DNA of 64,000 nucleotides from Pseudovirgaria hyperparasitica (taxonomy: Eukaryota): the NCBI GenBank assembly GCA_010093815.1, contig ML996566.1; one strand, written 5' to 3'. Under the pieces are notes generated by a model. It was not told where the DNA came from, did not search any database, and saw only the letters and a list, made by a program, of their open reading frames with translations. A program made the position numbers and the translations under genes. Positions 47,170-58,654 of this stretch are shown here, piece after piece. Position 1 is the first letter of the stretch, and the number at the start of each line of letters is the position of its first letter.

Positions 47170-47635
47170 GGTTGCTCCTGACTTTTTGGAACAATGGAAG
47201 GACGTTGAAGAGAAGAACAATGCTAATTTCCCCTTCTTTATGGAACACAAGAGAGTTTTATGGGTGATGGGGAATGAGGAATCAACATGGAGCTGCCATT
47301 TCAGTGTACTTGTACCTGCCTTCTGCTAGACATACATCCAGCTTCATTGAGGCGTAGTGTGACAACTCTATTTCAGTACTTCGAAGAGCCCGCATACCTG
47401 GTCACCTCAGGTCGGTTATCTGGATGAGGTGTCGTTCTTTTCCGTCTTGCTAGTCTGCGCCTTCACCCAATTGCACAATTGAATAGCTGGTGATGATACA
47501 GGGGGTCTCCCAGGTAGCTACGTACCTAGCCTATCACAATGACTGTTGTTAGATACCGAAGTGTTCTATTGGAAAAGGCAGGCACGATCCTCTTGGATTA
47601 GTCGCGCGCTTCGGGCCGTTGGCCGGCCGGAGCAC

Positions 47636-48160
47636 CCGTCCGTAACTTTTTCAGCGCAACTCTTGGCACGTGTCGCGCGCGCAACACATACATTTTCTCT
47701 TATTCTACCTTTTCTCTAATAACTCTAGAATTAAGACTCTAGGAGGTTTTTTAATTATATCTAAATATACTTCTATATAGTCTCTTACTTTCTATTAAAA
47801 AAATTTAAGAAAAAAAGAATATATTAATTAGTTATTCTAAGAAAAGCTCTATAATTATATTTTTAAAGTATATAGGAGGGGTAACTTCTAAAGTACTAAG
47901 GTATATAGTAAAGATAGAGAGAAAATAGAGATTTTCTCTACTATCTATCTCTTTTAGATTCTTTAGTCTTTAAAAGAACTTAATAACTATTCTTAAGAGA
48001 TAAATAGAAGTATATAGGATCTTTTAATATCTTCTAGAGTCTTAAATCTAGAGCTATTTAGGAAAATATAAGGTTCTAAGAATTAGAGGTACCGGTAAAA
48101 AAACGTGTGTGTTGCGCGCGCGACACGTGCCAAGAGTTGCGCTGAAAAAGTTACGGACGG
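47636..48160. mobile_element. Non-autonomous DNA transposon (MITE), 525 bp, RIP-mutated interior
   Basis: 53-bp perfect terminal inverted repeats (CCGTCCGTAACTTTTTCAGCGCAACTCTTGGCACGTGTCGCGCGCGCAACACA), continuing imperfectly inward to about 150 bp. AT-rich interior with no CpA/TpG that I could find; AC dinucleotide on both flanks. Confidence 0.92.
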
Positions 48161-48336
48161 ACGGGTCGCGGGCGCCTACTCAAGGTGGCACAGTCGCCGC
48201 CCGTTCTCTTCCTACCTTACCATCCCTCATTCCTTATTACTTTCCACTATCTATGTGAATCTTGATATTGTGCTGAGTTACCCCAATCAAAGGAATCACT
48301 TCCAATCTCAGAAATACTCGCAAAAACATATCAATA

Positions 48337-49531
48337 ATGCGTGCGCGGCAAGAACCTTCAGCTGTTGTATACGAGACTTACGACTTCCGAGAGGTCTCTA
48401 AAACGACTATCTCAGACCTCTCTCAACACCATCGGGCGGCGGTGGAAAACGCTTTACAGAATATCCTCAATACGGAGCGAGCTTTTGAAACATTTGCCCA
48501 AGTTGTCGATGGTCTTCCAACTAGGAGCACAGCTGAGCAGTATCACGACTACGGACGTTCATCCATGTATTTGAACGGCTTAACAAATGAGCCAAGCACA
48601 GAAGCCAAACAGATCGTTCAAACTTACAGAGAGACTCTCGACCCGTATATTCTTGAGTTCAATGTACCTGTGAGTTATGCCTCAAAGTGCTCATTCACTC
48701 TTTGATGTTTTTATCCAGGTGATACAAGCGTACCAGAACGCGGACTTTGGTTCTCGAGACTTCAACATCCGCCTTTTGGAGTTGCTTGCAGTTGCATGTC
48801 ATCAATTAGCTGCGTTGATTTTCCAGAGTGCGGATGGCGGCTTAAAGAAGTACCCGTACGGCCACAATTACGAAGCCCCTGCTTCACAGCCCACGGAGCC
48901 TGCTGTAGACTTGAGTTTTCTTGGACCCATCAAACCACAGGCGCCTGATGACCACGACGATGATGCCTCCGAACCGGATTTGTTTCCTTTTATCGCGAAC
49001 GAGTATGTCGATAGACCTCCAACGGAGCTTTACCACGGATACTACCAGGATCATGACCAGTATCCACGAGGCGTTGCTGATATCGTTGGCTACTGGGCAG
49101 AAACACGCCTCTTCGGAGGTGTAATCTTGTTTGACCGCGGTGCTTCTGAATCTGAGGTATTATAACCGCAGCCAGTGTAGGATGTATTGGTGCAGCTAAC
49201 ATGCGAGCAGGCTATTGACGTCTTTTTCCACCCCGATTACTTCCAGGGTGTTGGCAACATTTACCAGGTGTCAGATACACAACTTCAAAATCTTATGGCT
49301 TTCGCACTCGAGCATGAGCCTACTAGTGAAAGCCCACGTTTCAGCCATGAATGGGGGCTGCGCAAGTTCAAAAGTTGGACTTCAATGCAAGCCAACGTGT
49401 TCAGGGACCGCTATGAAAGGAAAATCCCCGTTGATGCAAACCACGGCTGCGTGCTCAGGCTAGATGACGAGGACACCGCAATATACCTCGAAAACTTCAG
49501 GAGAGGCACGGCCAATGCACACTCTGATTGA
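48337..49531 (+). CDS. Hypothetical protein with HQLAA and GYWAE..LFGGV.LFDR motifs, 363 aa, 3 exons
   Basis: Exons 48337-48669, 48719-49156 and 49211-49531; phase-0 GT..AG introns; spliced frame is open. Confidence 0.8.
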
Positions 49532-50781
49532 ATAGGATCATAATATCATGAGTTCTCAAATATTACGATTCTGCGTTCTTCGAAGTAGAGATGTCGTATT
49601 CAATGGAGGCTTCCGGATGATCCTGCGCTTTTCAATAAACCCATTAGTACATATCAAATAGAAGCAAACGTCCCTGTCCATGGGCGCATTTTGAGTCGTG
49701 GAATAGCCATCAGCATGGATCGGCAGCCGAATTTAGGGCTTCCTTGACCATGCGAAGACTAAATTTGAAGTCTTTTGTAAACTCTTGATAAGGCGAGTTA
49801 CTAGATTCACAAGTCTCAAGCTTCAGTTGAACTGGGTCCAGAAGGGCAAGAGGTTACACAAGATCTACCCAGAAAGATGTTGTCGCGCATATTTCTACGC
49901 GCTATCTAGAAATCGAGGCACGAAAGGGCTCAGATTCATCATCCAATATACAGAGAGCATCTTTCTGACTTTCCTAACCCCTCGACCGTTACCAGAAGCC
50001 CCTCAGCCATCGCTGTGTGGGTCATCCCGGCACGATGGCGCGTCTGGTGAATCTCTCTTATGGTAAAGAGAGATTCTGGTCAGTTCAGACACACCTACTT
50101 GTACAGAAAGACTTCGGCCGAAAAGCGACAATCCTGTAGAGTATCAAGACTACATAATTCTTCTGGACTGGCTCGTCTAGATTACAAAGGAGGCGAAGTC
50201 TAGCATAAAAACCTGTCCACTCGGCTTGTTGTCGTCACTCTGGCCTCGATAAATGCTACGGTCGATGCGAGTCTTGAAGCGCTGTTCGACCTCTGCAATT
50301 ATAAGAACATTATGAGACATTAAGGGATGGTGTCGTGCAACACAGCTCCGGTGAAGGTTAACGGAAGCAGACCTCAAAACGCTTCAAAAACCCGACTCAT
50401 TCTTGACAGAAAGTCATTCTCTATGCTTATGAAGTAAATACTGGCAAGACGGAGGTTTATACTGGCAGCTGTCTTTGTGAGTGGCTTGTAGTATGGCCTT
50501 TGACCGATCTCAGTAATGGATAGACGACTAAGGCATCCATACAGCGTCAGAGCGGTCCTTGAAACTGGGTATATTGATCATTACGCACGTTACATTGCCT
50601 TCTCACTAACTACAGTAAATTCAAGCAATGACACAGCTCAAACTTCAACCGCATCTAGCCATCAATCAAGAGACGATGATGCCGTTGTATCAGACCTACG
50701 TTCATCTCCAACCACTTATACACTGGACCTAATACAACTACGTCAGCGGGCTGTAAGGAAATGGAAATGAATTTAGGAAAC

Positions 50782-51237
50782 CTACTGTGACTTCCTGCCG
50801 CTCCTATGAACCCAAATACCTAGAAACAAACTAATGAGGAAGAAGATGGCAGCCAGGAAGCTGAAGGCCTGCCAAGCTTTCGCTCTACCACACACGCTGC
50901 GTAACCTTCTCAAGTCACAGCCTCTGTCTGAATCATTGATGGGCTCGAAGTAGTGGGCCGAGACACCGAAAGCAGCAAACCACAGGATTGATAGTATGCC
51001 GTCCACGACCCATAGGCTGAAAGTCGCCTTGAATGGAATAAGTAAAACCAGGCTGGCAAGTGTTCCAAGAGCGCTGACGGCGAGGACGTAGTAGATCCAC
51101 TCCCAGGAATCAGGAAGTCTCGAGTAGCCATTGTCGTTGTACAAGCTGACCTCATAAGCTACAATGCCCATGACAATCACAGAAGAAATGAATTGTAGAA
51201 CCCGAAGGGCGAATGAGAGGATCCGTGAGATGACCAT
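50782..51237 (-). CDS. MARVEL (membrane-associating) domain 4-TM protein
   Basis: LRVLQF...IVMG, D.ILSILWFAAFG and C...KA..AFSFL pattern; four hydrophobic segments. Confidence 0.8.
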   Translation of the reverse strand: MVISRILSFALRVLQFISSVIVMGIVAYEVSLYNDNGYSRLPDSWEWIYYVLAVSALGTLASLVLLIPFKATFSLWVVDGILSILWFAAFGVSAHYFEPINDSDRGCDLRRLRSVCGRAKAWQAFSFLAAIFFLISLFLGIWVHRSGRKSQ

Positions 51238-52978
51238 GATGAAGATTCAGGGATCTGCAGAAGTTCTTGTGGTGCTTGGAGGGTTTGTTTATATATCCAA
51301 AGTCCAATGAGGCTTGTAGGATCTTTCTGGTGGGACATGAACAGGCAGGCTTCCGTCTTTATACACGCCTGTCCCACCGCCATGCCTCTAGAGTCTACAT
51401 GCTTTGCTGTTTGAGGTTTCGAGATCGAGTATAATTTTCGTCATTCGAACACTTCTGCCAACAACACGCCTTATTAGTCGTGCTCGGCCTTGCGATCTGC
51501 ACCACGTCTCGCTTTCTCCACCAGTACTTTTGCTTCGATTCGTGGTGTTTGTGGAGATCAACCAACGGTATGACGTAGGTCAAGCCTTCAGCCACAATGC
51601 AGCCAAGAACCAAGGAAAGCGCCAGACCATTTTGGTATTACTGTTGAACTATGGAACGTACACTTATCTACTTTCTCACATCATGCGAGCTGTGCCAGCA
51701 CATCCTTTCTCTCGGCAGTCTCGTGATTGTCTTCATTCGTCTCTCGTGAGGCTGTGAAATGGCTTAGCGAATGACGTACGCAGCACTGCAAGCTTGCATG
51801 CATGAATGATTATCGTATGGATGAATTAAGCGTGGCGAAGATGCAGCTTACACTCTATATGCCTTCTCCTTGCTGTTAAAAGACTAGAGACAAATTAATT
51901 GGAGGCTACGCGCCTGATTAGGGCAGTATGGGCTGACACAATACCCAGCTTGGATATACCTATGTTTTAACCCGCTAGCTAGTCTTGATCGTACGACGTG
52001 TTATCATAACATCAGCCAATTCAACATACGCGCTCAGGGATCCCCCATGGAAAGGAGATCTCTCGTCAACCCAATATGGGAGTCACAGCAATAATGCCAT
52101 AAACCGTGTTTGAATAACGTTGTATCACTTCGCCGTAACATCGAGGACTGATGCTATATACGATAAACATTGATAGGGACTCCAACAAAGTAAGCAATAT
52201 AATGCCACTGCCTATTGTTTAGAAAGGTGTGCCCAATAATAACTCCTGTAACTAATAGCATCAATAGTGCTCAGAGCTCGTTCCCTTCGGCCATCCATTG
52301 CCCAAACCGGACTAGTACCATATGTGCTCTAGCCAATACCCGTCGTTTCATCTCCTACCTATATTGGTATGAACGCAGCGAGTGGAGACTTCTTGGGGAG
52401 ATTTACTACTTGTCAAGTTAGCCACCAACTCCGAGGCTAGAATTCGTGTGCCTTTGTCACTCGTGCTTCTTCCATGATTCGAGCACCGCCGTAGCCCTAG
52501 ATTCTCAATCCAAATTCCCACCACAGCTTATGATTCTAGCATCTATGCTACATCTGATAGTATACTCTCGAGCATCTTCTAGACTTGGAAACGGGTTTAC
52601 GACCCAGCTTTGTGTACTCCGGGAACATCTCGGACTAAGTACTGCTTGGTACACATATTGCAAGGGCGAATATGAGCGGCAGGGGTCGATGCATCGGGTA
52701 TCATAGGGCAAGCGACAGGGAAAATAGATCGGGAGACATGCATGATATGTTCTTACTAGTCTAGAAGCGTAAGTATAAGAAATTTATCGGTAGGAGAGGA
52801 ACAATCTGCGACTTTAGTACATGCTTGGGTTGTAAAGAGTAATGGATGGTTACTGGGTCGTGATTACGGCGTCTTCTACGCATACATTATCATACATATC
52901 TAGCGGATAGTTTTTCTTCATCCCACTCGTCAGCAGCTGCTCATCTGTATGTACATTGATCGTTGACCAGTGAACTGG

Positions 52979-54022
52979 TCATTTTTTGTCTTTTTGATGC
53001 TCTCTTGCAATCTCTTCTACTTTAGCGCGATTCCCAGTCGCAACCTCAATCTCTTGTTTTTCTTGCTTGAGTTCTTGCTGACTCTTGATGTCTTTTTCGA
53101 CTTGCTCAACCGCACGCTCAATTTCGACTTCCATCTCGGGAAGCTTGAAACGCTCCGCGATTAACTTCCCATTCCACTTTTGCAACACCATAACATCCTC
53201 TGCGTCGTTATTTGTTTGCTTTTGCACAAGCTCAGAGACAGACGTGATCTGTTCTGCAGTGGGATAGGGCGAATCACGGGATATCTGGCGTGTTGGATAC
53301 ATAAGCCCGGCGGTATAAACCTGGTCTAGATCGGAGGAGGGAGTTTTGCTGAACAGTGTCTTTTCAAGAAGGAATTGTATATGCTTGGATCCAGCGAGTG
53401 CTACGTGGCGTCAGCGCCGGGCAAATCCGTTTCCAAGTTTGACGAACCTTTCCAGTGCGAATATGCGCGAAACGCTAAGTAAAAGAAAGGAATATTCGGT
53501 ATTCTGTCACGTCAGTAACCGTCCTGCACGGGGCTATATATGTCGTAATACTCACATAGGAACAAGTGCGAAAGGAGAAACGATAGGCATTCCAATGATA
53601 CACCATGTTAGACGCTTCTTATGTAGGGCTTGTCTTTCGGTCGCCAGTTTCTGCAAAACGCTTTCAATCTTACTGTCGGCAAGGTACTTCCCAGGGAACA
53701 AGATCTCAACTTTCTCCTTGCCGGCCAACAAGACCTCTTTACGCTTATCGTTCAATGATGGTACTGTTTTGAGTCCCCATTCCTGGTATGGTATCCTTCT
53801 CAAGATCTTGTTCCCCTGAACCGTTACTGTCTTTTGCCATCCTCCCTTCAAGAAAGGCTTGGGCTCAGAGTTTTCCCACTTCGCCCATGTCTCATTAGCT
53901 TTGTTCGTGATCCGATCAACGTATGATTGTTTCGCAACAGCTTCGACGGTGGCCTTCGCTTGGGTGCGCTCGCAGTAGAGGAGAGTGTGGCGGGTCGAGA
54001 TAGGCAACAGGAAGAGGCGCAT
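52979..54022 (-). CDS. Mitochondrial K+/H+ exchange-related protein (YDL183C-like), 3 exons
   Basis: MRLFLLPISTRHTLLYC start, RIPYQEWGLKTVP, SPFALVP-(intron)-IPNIPFFY, EIERAVEQV C-terminus. Confidence 0.8.
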
Positions 54023-54672
54023 CGCGACGAAAGGCGCGTTTCGCTGTGTGCGGGAGTAGATGTCTTCTTTCGTATATCTCAACACATGTTGTCGCACAAT
54101 TGAGCTTCAGCCAAGAAGCTTGAAGGGATGTCCAGTAAGATGCGCTGAGGTCTATGAGCAAGGTAGAGGGCGGCGCAAAGGTTAGCGGAGGAGGCTCTAC
54201 TGCTGCAGTGCGCTGCGTCATTCTGCACTGGAAAGCTTGGCTGGAGGCTGGCCAACAGGTAATTACCTAGCTACTGCTACTCTACTGGAGTGGTGGGCTG
54301 GCCAGGCCCAGTGCCCAATGCCGGGTGCCGATCCATCACTCACAAGCCACTCATCTCCCAACTCCCTTCAACGTGCGCACGACCTGCATTTCCTAGATCC
54401 TAGATTCATCACTACTTTTCCCCTCAACACCACTCTTTCGTCGCCATCGAGCTTACTCCGCTCTCTTCCAGATCGCTCACTTCGCTTCTTATATATTCCC
54501 TGGTGGATTAATCCCTCGCAACTCTGGATCCCACAGCATGCGGTGCTTGTCTCGTTGACGTCCATTTTATCCCTACTGGAACTCAGTGACATCTGCTCAC
54601 GAGACCTCACGCGGCCACAGCAGGCCTCTTACTGCCTACAAATACACTTTCGCTTTGTCGTATTTCTAATCC

Positions 54673-55919
54673 ATGGCTACACATGAGTTCAATGAGAAGA
54701 AGAACAACCTATTAAGCCCTACTACAACCTACGATGACAATTCCCCCAATCGACCTCAGTCTGGAACCTCCTCGAACGAGAAACAAACGTCCTCAGCTAC
54801 AAGACGATCGTGCTCCAGATCAGTCTCTTCGCGCGCGCATACTACAGAGTCGGCAGTCAGTGCGACAGCGGAAAATAGAGAGCGACAACGGGCTGTACGC
54901 ACATTGCCACGTAGGCTTTTAGTTGTTGGAAGTAGCGATATATCACTGACATATGTACAGCATGGGTTCTCTCGATAGGCGATGATGAAGATGAAGATTA
55001 TCTCAAACCACCAGGCTCATCGCGAGCACCGTGCACACCTCCGTCCGTCCGTCCAGCGTCACATCACTACACACCGCAGCCGAAAGAGCATGCAGCCAAG
55101 GGCAGAGCCTTCGATCACGAAAGAGAGGGCGTGCCCGTAACAATAACAACCCCGGTAGCAGATCATGCCTCAAAATGGACGAATTTTATACAAGCCTCGA
55201 CTTACGGTGGCCATCCGCGCGAGAAAGGAGAAGTCATGACAGGACCATGGATGCAACAAAATATGCCCGATCTTGAGGCCCCCTGGGTCGGGGAAGATCA
55301 GCCTCTTCTAGCGCCCGAGAAAGGCTTCTGGTTGTTCAACCCTAGACGACGAAAGGAGCTGCTCAACAAAGCTTATGAAAGATTGATGAAAGATCCTCTT
55401 GTCCCAGCGTTACTGCGCTTGTGGATCATCGTCAATTCCGCGATCGCGCTCGGCTTGTCAGGCTCCATCTTCCATCGTACCGTCCTGAAACCATACGATC
55501 AAGGCTGTCCTCGCGGTTCGTCGACTTACATGGCAGTGATCGTGGATGTTCTTGCCATTCCATATACGCTGTACATCACGTGGGACGAATATATAAACAA
55601 ACCCCTCGGTCTACGCCCACACGGCGCGAAGATGCGACTGCTTTTCATGGATCTGATTTTCATCGTCTTCGACTCTGCAAATCTCAGTGTTGCGTTCGAG
55701 TCGTTGACGGACCCTCGGTGGTTCTGTCAGGATTTGGACGACGTACCTAGTCGAGTTAATCCAAACCAAACCTGCCTGCGCGACGATAACATTTGTGATC
55801 GGCAGGTTGCTTTGACGGTTATACTGCTACTTGCTTTACTGGCGTGGCTTGCTACATTTACGGTCAGCACGCTGCGAGTTATGGATCGAGCTATGGCGAA
55901 ACAGGAACCTCAAAAGTGA
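54673..55919 (+). CDS. SRF1: Regulator of phospholipase D, Srf1-like 4-TM protein, 2 exons
   Basis: TLPPWV across intron 54911-54960; YITWDEY..KPLGLR...KMRLLFMDLIFIVFDSANLS.AF; ICDRQ.AL. Confidence 0.7.
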
Positions 55920-56345
55920 CGTCAATGATCGTTACACGTTGTGGAGTTCCATTCTTCGCATCTGCGTTATTTCTACTTAAGTTTGATTTTGTCTCAGCAA
56001 TGTTTTACTGTACGGCGTTGGATAAGAGTCAGACACGGATCTGCGCGCTGTGGGCGGCTTTATGAGCACATCAATATCTCCTGTCTGCATTTACGCGCCG
56101 TCTATTATACCCGATACATCACCTTAGGCCTGCATTATGCTGCCTCTTTCCTAGATATGCGAATATCCAAGCACATCAGACGATCATATCATCGCATTTC
56201 GATTCCCGTCCGTTTCATTCACCTTGACCGTCCCATACTACTGCACAGACATGTTCCATGACACAACGTACCCCTTGACTATCCCAAGCTCCAGACCACT
56301 ACCCGTTCTCATAATTTCATAATATCACCCACATGTCGCCGACAC

Positions 56346-58205
56346 TCAAAGCTTACACATCCCCTTGTTCCTTAAGCACCACTCCATCTGCACCATCCCA
56401 CTGCTCACCCCCTTTCCCACCAACCGCTCCCTCATCTCCGCCAACCTCCTCGTCACACCCTCATCTACACTCCTTCCACCGCCCCTCCACAACACCTCCG
56501 CCGCCGCACTCACTCGCGGCCATAGCATCCCATCCAGGCTAATTGCATCCGTCATCTCGCCCCACAAATGCACTTCACCGCCTAACACCAGCTTCTCCTG
56601 CTCCGCACTCAGCGTGATATTTGCGAGGGGATCATACGTGTATATATGCCGCCAGTTCTTGTATGGCGAGCAGTAATCTGGAAAAGGAGGACTCGTGAGG
56701 TGGCTTGTCGGCGGAGGCGAGCCCGGAAGGCCGGGCATGGGGTGGATCGGGTCGAGGAAGACGCCCATGCCGCAGTCGAGATACCAGTGAGTATTCGCGC
56801 CGAAAAGCACCGCGTGGCCTCGTGAGGTGATGTCAGCAATGATAGCACTACTGCGCCATGTTTGGATGATTGTGTTGGAAGGAAGCGTGAGGTTCCAGTC
56901 CAGCACCATTTCCTCCCAGAGAATAGGGCGCAGCGAATGTTTCTTTGCCATGGACAGGATATGGTCTGTAAATTTCTGTACGAGGGGTTTTAGGATTGTG
57001 GGGTCTGAGGATTTGACCGTGTCGTCGAGCTCGTATGCTGCGCGGTTGAGTTCGTCGCCTCCGAAGTGGAAATGTTTGCTGTAAAAGGCGCTGCGAGGGA
57101 GGATGTCATTGAAGAGCTTGGTTAGAAACGTGTATACAGCTGGGGAATCCAGTTTTAGCTGGCCAGAAGGCGGCTCGGCGGCGTACTTAGTCCAGGGATC
57201 TTGTGTAGCTGCGGTGATGAGGTTTGGATGTGAGGCTGCTATGCTTGTTGTATGGCCTGGGACGTCAATTTCGAGGTATACTTCGACGCCGTGTATGCGT
57301 CCGTATCGCTGGACGTCTGCTAAGTCTTCTGCTGTCCAAACTTGATCTGGCTCATAAGCCCCCTTTTCCGCAAGGGAAGGAATGCTAGGGATAACTAAGG
57401 GCCAAGACTGGGCGTCTGTGGCATGGATGTGCAGGCGATTCATCTTATTGAACGATAGAGCTGAAATGACGCGTTTTGCGTCTGAAGGAGCAATGAAGTT
57501 GCGTGAGATATCGAGGTTGAGACCACGGTGAGAGTACATGGGGCTGTCAGTGATAGAGATTGGGGCGAGGACGGTGTATATATGACCATGAGAAGATGTA
57601 TAAAACAGTTGCTCCAGTGTTGAAAGGGCATATAATCCACCATTAGTAGACGCAGTTACGATTTTGGCGGTGCCTTCAGGTGAGAGGAAGAGCTGGTAGC
57701 CTTCGCCTGCTGCAGAGCCGTCCTGGACACGCTTGGCGTAGGATGCTTTGCTCTCGATGATGAGCTCTACTCGGGTAAGTGGACGAGACGAGACTTCAGG
57801 TTGTAGGCCCAGCTCATACTCCACGAACCCGTCTCGGGTGAAAAACTTGCGCGGTATGAATCCCGCGTTCAGAACGTTTCCTCGAAAACGTTCGAATGCA
57901 GCCTTCAGGATAGTCTCCGGCTGGTCGGCGATCCACTCCTCGCTCTTCCCCTGTGCTTTTGCTCTTCAGACATATGTCAGTCTCATGTTGGCATCATACT
58001 AATTGATCTATACTAACAATATGCTCTGTATACCTTCCTGAGCCCATCTCAATCCAATGCTCCCGGTCACCTGATTTACAACATCCAATTCAATATCAGC
58101 CGATAGTCGAATGAACGTAGAACCTGTTGTAACAGATCTTGGCTCAGGCCATATTGCATTAACTGTAACAGCTAGAGAACCGACAATGACTGATAGCAAA
58201 CGCAT
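56346..58205 (-). CDS. Beta-N-acetylhexosaminidase, glycoside hydrolase family 20, secreted
   Basis: Signal peptide then IWPEP; HRGLNLDISRNF, EIDVPGHT, HFGGDE catalytic motif, YLDCG, WPRVSAAAEVLW; one intron near 57967-58013. Confidence 0.95.
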
Positions 58206-58654
58206 GTCGAAGCCGAAGTCTGTGATATCAGATGATGTATGGAAAGAGGGAAAACTAAAGCTGGCGGATTCGAGTGATTTCCGGAATGGTCAAAGCGTCA
58301 TAACACAGATCACGTGGACTGGTAGAGTCGTCCACCCCTGCACATATGGCATGACAATGTGCGAATTACTATTTGTAGACTATAATCGCTACAAGAGCAC
58401 CTAGACTTCCCACGACTTATTCAGTAGTCTCAAGCAGCTGGAGCTAATCCTTGTATACAAGCAAAAACGCCACGCATGCATCGTGATCCCCTCAAGCTGC
58501 ACCAGCCTAGAACACAAAGAAAGGAAACCCCTTAGTCGTGTGCCACTAATTATGGGGAACGGTAAGCCCTTCTGGAGCGAGCATGCCATGCCTCATAGAC
58601 CACTTGCAAGACGAAACCACCATCACCTCTTTCTGGCCAAGGTACCATCAATGT

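Noticed and set aside
49550..50780. GRTALQ ankyrin-like hexapeptide on the minus strand near 50270-50295
   Set aside because: An isolated match followed quickly by a stop; insufficient evidence for a pseudogene.
56346..56357. C-terminal CKL (PTS1-like) on the hexosaminidase
   Set aside because: The protein has a clear signal peptide, and the Cys belongs to the usual GH20 C-terminal Cys pair.
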